A stretch of 64,000 bases of DNA from Amoebophrya sp. A120 (lineage: Eukaryota > Protista > Dinoflagellata). The stretch spans positions 6,936,580-7,000,579 of the forward strand of contig CAJINV010000005.1 in the NCBI GenBank assembly GCA_905178155.1, given 5' to 3'. This document shows, one piece after another, positions 59,619 through 64,000 of this stretch. The translations under genes were made by a program, and so were the position numbers. Numbering within the stretch: the first letter of the stretch is position 1; each line of letters starts with the position of its first letter. The notes under the pieces were generated by a model. That model did no database searches. It was not told where the DNA came from and was given only the letters and a program-made list of their open reading frames with translations.

Positions 59619-60426
59619 CGAGCACGACGACGCGTAGAAGTCGTGCTCGCGCCCCCTGGTCGACGTTTCCGGCGTACAAGAAGAGGAGCACCAGAACTAT
59701 GCGCCGCCGGCTATCGTGCGTAAAAACGTCGTCTCCACGCCAGAATCTAGACGGTGACTTTGCAACACAAATCCAGAGGCTTTAGGAATCGCGGATCATG
59801 ACTAGTTTGGCGCTGGTGCAGTGTAATCTTGCCGAGCTAGCCCAGACGCATTTTTACAATAAATTCGCCCAGTTGATGTTCTGATTAGTGCATTGCAGCT
59901 TCCCAAGGGCCATTACGAAACGCCTCTCATATAAGTTGAGAAACATCCTGCGCATACAAATTGACAAAAAAAAATTGCATAACAGCGCTGGAGGGGTGGG
60001 GACGTCTTTGTATAGGATACCGGTTACCTTTGCGGAGGAGTAAGTTCCTGCTTGCTGCAAGTACCGCCGTGCGCGTCGCGATGGTACCAACATGCACGAC
60101 GTCGACCCTAGAAGTGCTATCGCCTGGCCCACGTCTCGTCGGTGCCGTGAACGTGGAGAAAATCAACGCACAGCAGCAATCACAGCAGCAGGGCAATGCT
60201 GGAAACGGCAGCGGCACCACGACGAACACAGCGCAAACTGCGCAGCCGAGCTCGAAGACGAACGAGGGCAATTGCAATGGCGGCGGCTCCTGTATGAAAA
60301 AGCAAACTTCGCATTACTTCAGCTTTCTAATACGTACATCTATCACGAAGATAGCACCGACGCTGCTCTTCTTGCGCTATCCTCTTTGCATCACGTCGAG
60401 GACCGCGAGTGTGAAGGGGTGGCGCG

Positions 60427-61776
60427 TTGTATAGGGCTAGGGGGCCAGCAGGCATTGGAAGTGAAGGAAGCTGTTTTTTCTTATGCATAGTATGCGGCCA
60501 GAACACCAGTGGTGAGGAGCTGCAAAGGATGAAAGACGGGACACCGAAGGCCGTCATCGGTCAGTTTTCCGACCCACACAAAGGGCCTGATGTGGTCCCG
60601 GACCCGGCAGAACAACCGCCGCGAGGACCTTCTTCCGCATCACGGCTGCAAGCTTCTCAGCGCGTACCGTCCAGTGAGGGAGCAGGCACAGGGACAAGCA
60701 CTGCTGCTGCTGCAGGCGGGCACCAGGACCCGGACCAGCCCAGGAATCCAACTGATCTCGCGGCCGCCGCTTCCTTGTCTACCAAAAGAACGACCAGCAA
60801 GACGGGGGGATCGCCACCTGGCGTTGATGAAGCTTCCACGAGGACCAGCGGCAACGAGATTACACCTGGAGATCCACTAAAGGCTGCTGCTGCAGGCGAG
60901 CACCAGAGTGCTGGAGAACCACCACCACGATGTGAGACGCTGACGGATGGCCAGGCGGAGGGAGTCCTGTGTGCGTTGCCGAACGGGTCGACGTACCAGG
61001 GGCAGTGGAAGGACGGCAAGAGGCACGGCGAAGGTGTGTACACGTGGGAGAATGGGGCGAGGTACAATGGGCAGTGGGTGAATGGCAAGAGGGGCGGCAG
61101 CGGTGACACGTGGGCGGACGGGAGGACTGTGTACGTTGGGCAGTACAAGGACGACAAGCCACACGGCGAGGGCACGCATACGTTGCCGGACGGGTCGACG
61201 TACAAGGGGCAGTGGAAGGGCGGAAAGATGCACGGCGAAGGTGTGTACACGTGGCCGGACGGGGCGACGTACGATGGGCAGTGGGAGTATGGCAAGAGGG
61301 ACGGCAACGGTGTGTACAAGCTTCCGGACGTGTCGACGTACGAAGGGCAGTACAAGGACGACAAGAAGCATGGCAAAGGTGTGCTCACGTGGTCGGACGG
61401 GCGGAAGTACGACGGGGAGTGGGAGTATGGCAAGAAGCATGGCAGCGGTTTGTACACGTGGGCGGATGGGACGACGTACGACGGGCAGTGGCAGTATGAC
61501 AACATGGACGGCAGCGGTGTGTGCACGTGGGCGGACAGGAGCAAGTACGACGGGCGGTGGCAGGATGGCTTGAGGCACGGCGATGGCAAGTACACACGCC
61601 CTGGTGGGACGACTTCCTGGGAGGGATCATGGTGGGAAGATAAAGCAGGCTTGCCTCATTATCTCAATCCGCTGCCCGACCTCGGGACTTGCACGACGGA
61701 CGGCCATCAGTGGCTGGTCCCCGTGCGGTTTGAAGATTGCAAACCGTGGAAGTGGGGGGATTTTTCTCCGTTTTAG
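60427..61776 (+). CDS. MORN-repeat protein (3' exon; gene probably starts near 59293)
   Basis: Nine tandem 23-aa YxGxWxxGKxHGxG repeats plus a partial one. Upstream exons (ATG 59293, introner 59386-59618, ORF 59961) are plausible but not resolved. Confidence 0.85.
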   Translation: MYRARGPAGIGSEGSCFFLCIVCGQNTSGEELQRMKDGTPKAVIGQFSDPHKGPDVVPDPAEQPPRGPSSASRLQASQRVPSSEGAGTGTSTAAAAGGHQDPDQPRNPTDLAAAASLSTKRTTSKTGGSPPGVDEASTRTSGNEITPGDPLKAAAAGEHQSAGEPPPRCETLTDGQAEGVLCALPNGSTYQGQWKDGKRHGEGVYTWENGARYNGQWVNGKRGGSGDTWADGRTVYVGQYKDDKPHGEGTHTLPDGSTYKGQWKGGKMHGEGVYTWPDGATYDGQWEYGKRDGNGVYKLPDVSTYEGQYKDDKKHGKGVLTWSDGRKYDGEWEYGKKHGSGLYTWADGTTYDGQWQYDNMDGSGVCTWADRSKYDGRWQDGLRHGDGKYTRPGGTTSWEGSWWEDKAGLPHYLNPLPDLGTCTTDGHQWLVPVRFEDCKPWKWGDFSPF

Positions 61777-63285
61777 GACGACACGCCCCAATAACCCCTA
61801 GCAGCCCTCCCCTATGTTGCTAGCAAGATGATGATGATGATGATGATGACCCGTGGTCTCCGTGCTAAGGTGGTCGTGAGGGTCATGGTGATTTTTATGG
61901 CGAGCAGGTGTGTATACATAGGGGTGACGAGACTCGAACGGCTACCGAAGGATCGTTGCGGGAACCGTCGGACAATGTCACTGTATGTCATGCGCGTCAG
62001 CTCGACCATAAAGCGAAGGCAGCACACGAAGATGCGTAGTGCCAGCTCGTCAACAAAGAAGACAGCAGCATCAGGCGACTTGCTGTGCGTCAACTTGCTT
62101 CATCTCTCTTCACAACTTACTAGAACTATATTTATCAGGCTTTGAGCTGATTTTCATTTTTTTTTTACGGCTCAAGTTTCTTTTTTTGGTTTTCTCATCG
62201 GGTTTTTCTTTATCATTCTTATATCTCTTTTGTTCTCCTTCTCCATTTACTACTTTTCCAAAATGCAACGCTTCCATGCCTACTTCACCTCCGCCTCCTC
62301 CTGCGCCACCGCTCTTCTTCCCTGATTCCGCGACCTACATAGCACGTCCCGGCCCCGGGGCCAACGCCGCAAGGGTTTCAGGGTACTAAAGGGTTTGTTT
62401 AGGGTTCTTAACCTGAATTTGTCAGGCTTTGAGCTGATTTTTACGGCGAGCTGGAGTGCAGCTCTTCCCTAAAGTTCTCATGTTTGTTCGGTTCGTCTGG
62501 TGACATAGTACTAATGCTTTGCATCAGGCTTTATTTTTTTTTGATTTTCTACTTGTTATTTATATTTCTGACGATTGCGATTCTAGTGCAAGAATATGAG
62601 CAAGTGTTTCTGTTTAGATTTACATTCCATTTTTACAACTAAAGACCAACAGTGATTTATAATCGTTTTGTGTATCTGTATTAGCCCCTTTATTTTCTCA
62701 CTTCTTTTTTCAACAACGACAGCCCCATGTAAAGATGAAGGCGCCAGCATTCCCCGGGGCGTCCAACTACGAGACGCGGTCACCATGGACCCAAAAACTC
62801 ACGCCCAAAAGTAGCCTCCGCGTGCTCGTGTCTGAATGAAGATGATACAACACTAAAAATCAAGCTCGTGCAAATTATCGCCATCGGGCAAATTGCAAAA
62901 TCTTCCACCTCCATCGTGTTAGCAACATGCTTTGGACGGATGTTCCGGTGGATTCTATCGTGGACAACGATGCCGAGTGCATAACAGAATTCCACGCTTT
63001 TCCTGATCAGGGTAGTAGTGAGCAGCGAAATGATATCCTTCGAAAAGACGTCGCTTCATTCTGATTAGTTCGAATCGCGCATGACAGATTTGCATTTCCC
63101 GTGTGATGCGCATGACAAATTGCATTCTCCCCTGCGCATGACAAATCTCAACTTGCCAATGCAGCACGACTTTTAAGCGCATCACCGCCCAAATTTACAT
63201 CCAGAAATATGGCATGCACATTTGTCGTCTTTGGTCGATGTTGGTGGTCTGCAGTGGAAGGCTAGTAAGGATGTGTTGCAGGTAG

Positions 63286-63690
63286 ATGACCACGACCAAA
63301 GACGACCCGGCTTGCTGGTATACACTTTTTCCCGGCGTGATCAAGGTGGGGATGGGGCACAGGTTGTGGAACGACGTGAAGGGCTGCGTGGAAATCATCG
63401 CGCAGGCTTGTGCGGAGATACGGAAATACTGCCGGGCGCCGTGCGGGAGCGGTGCGCAGCAGGCAGAATACCTGCAAGCGATCGAGGAGCTCTTGCTGGA
63501 GGCCGTGCACAAGATGGACCAGATCGTGGTTCGAGCCGATCCCCGGGAAGGATATCCCGGCAGAAGTGTTTACACACGCGCAGCAGGGGTACGTGGAGAA
63601 GGGGAAGCGGAAAAAAGGAAAATCGCCTGCGAAGGACCTTGCCGCCCCGGAGACCTCCGGCGCCGCTTCTTCCAGCTCGTCGTCCAGTAA
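63286..63690 (+). CDS. Possible hypothetical protein or exon
   Basis: 134-aa ORF with coding-like composition; no motif recognised. Confidence 0.25.
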   Translation: MTTTKDDPACWYTLFPGVIKVGMGHRLWNDVKGCVEIIAQACAEIRKYCRAPCGSGAQQAEYLQAIEELLLEAVHKMDQIVVRADPREGYPGRSVYTRAAGVRGEGEAEKRKIACEGPCRPGDLRRRFFQLVVQ

Positions 63691-64000
63691 GTGGCCAAAA
63701 GGACCGACGTTCAGCTTCATCTCTCTCAGCACCACTCTCGACCACGTGGCCATTTCCCCGTCTGAGTCGAAGCGGGGTCCGCGCGTTGTGCTTGAGTACT
63801 AGGAGTCCGACGGTGGCGAGTTGTCCAAGAGCAGTAATCGTCCTCCCGGGTGAGGCGTAGATCACGAGCATGGCCGCTTCCAGAATGTCCGACCTGTCCG
63901 CCCGCCGTTTCGAGACGCATCCGCGGGCGCAGTTTTGAACTAGCTAGTTAATTATCTGATAAACGCCACATGCATGCACACCATAAGTAGTGTATTATAT

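Noticed and set aside
60286-60489. Possible decayed introner in the MORN gene
   Set aside because: Ends in GCATA with a weak inverted repeat, but no clear left TAT or TSD; not counted.
60657-61595. Minus-strand repetitive ORFs (312 and 233 aa)
   Set aside because: Antisense shadows of the MORN repeats.
61828-62145. ORF starting with poly-Met
   Set aside because: An (ATG)n microsatellite downstream of the MORN stop codon, with no coding evidence.
62135-62441. 20-bp direct repeat enclosing TTTAGGG-like words and a GGCTCAAG spliced-leader-like 8-mer
   Set aside because: Too short and degenerate to call a telomeric insertion or relic spliced leader; more likely a local duplication.
63034-63183. 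Possible decayed introner with several GCATGACA motifs
   Set aside because: Weak TIR, no TSD and no defined host frame; not counted.
1-64000. Reading the fragmented ORFs as pseudogenes or prokaryotic genes with IS scars
   Set aside because: The genes are eukaryotic (RPN12, Sec61 alpha, BEACH), frames are restored by one consistent rule, and ordinary GT-AG introns coexist.

Overview
Eukaryotic genomic DNA, most likely from an alveolate. The intron style fits the parasitic dinoflagellate Amoebophrya, but that is an inference. About 11 genes lie on the + strand: a 5'-nucleotidase-like protein with a C-terminal EF-hand, a calmodulin-like protein, a ~3,850-aa low-complexity protein, proteasome RPN12, a small hypothetical protein, a FAN-like BEACH/WD40 protein, Sec61 alpha, a PAM2-motif protein, a secreted repeat protein, a bacterial-type NeuB sialic acid synthase and a MORN-repeat protein. 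The ORF track looks fragmented because the genes are interrupted by 61 hand-mapped MITE-like 'introner' elements. Most are 109-313 bp (one is 936 bp because of a nested insert) and they fall into about 8 families. Nearly all begin TAT and end ATA, carry terminal inverted repeats (TIRs), are flanked by a 5-bp target-site duplication (TSD), and occur in either orientation. Removing an element plus one TSD copy restores invariant protein motifs, usually with no GT-AG available. An internal motif, TGT(A/C/G)ATGC, is shared by all families and also appears in the ordinary GT-AG introns, 10 of 16 of which begin GTAT. A 2.65-kb TIR element with the same TAT...ATA ends and 5-bp TSD sits in the last RPN12 intron. 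Non-canonical introners are already known from Amoebophrya. The shared end chemistry, internal motif, TSD-mismatch pattern and large relative described here were read by eye and need computational and RNA-seq confirmation.
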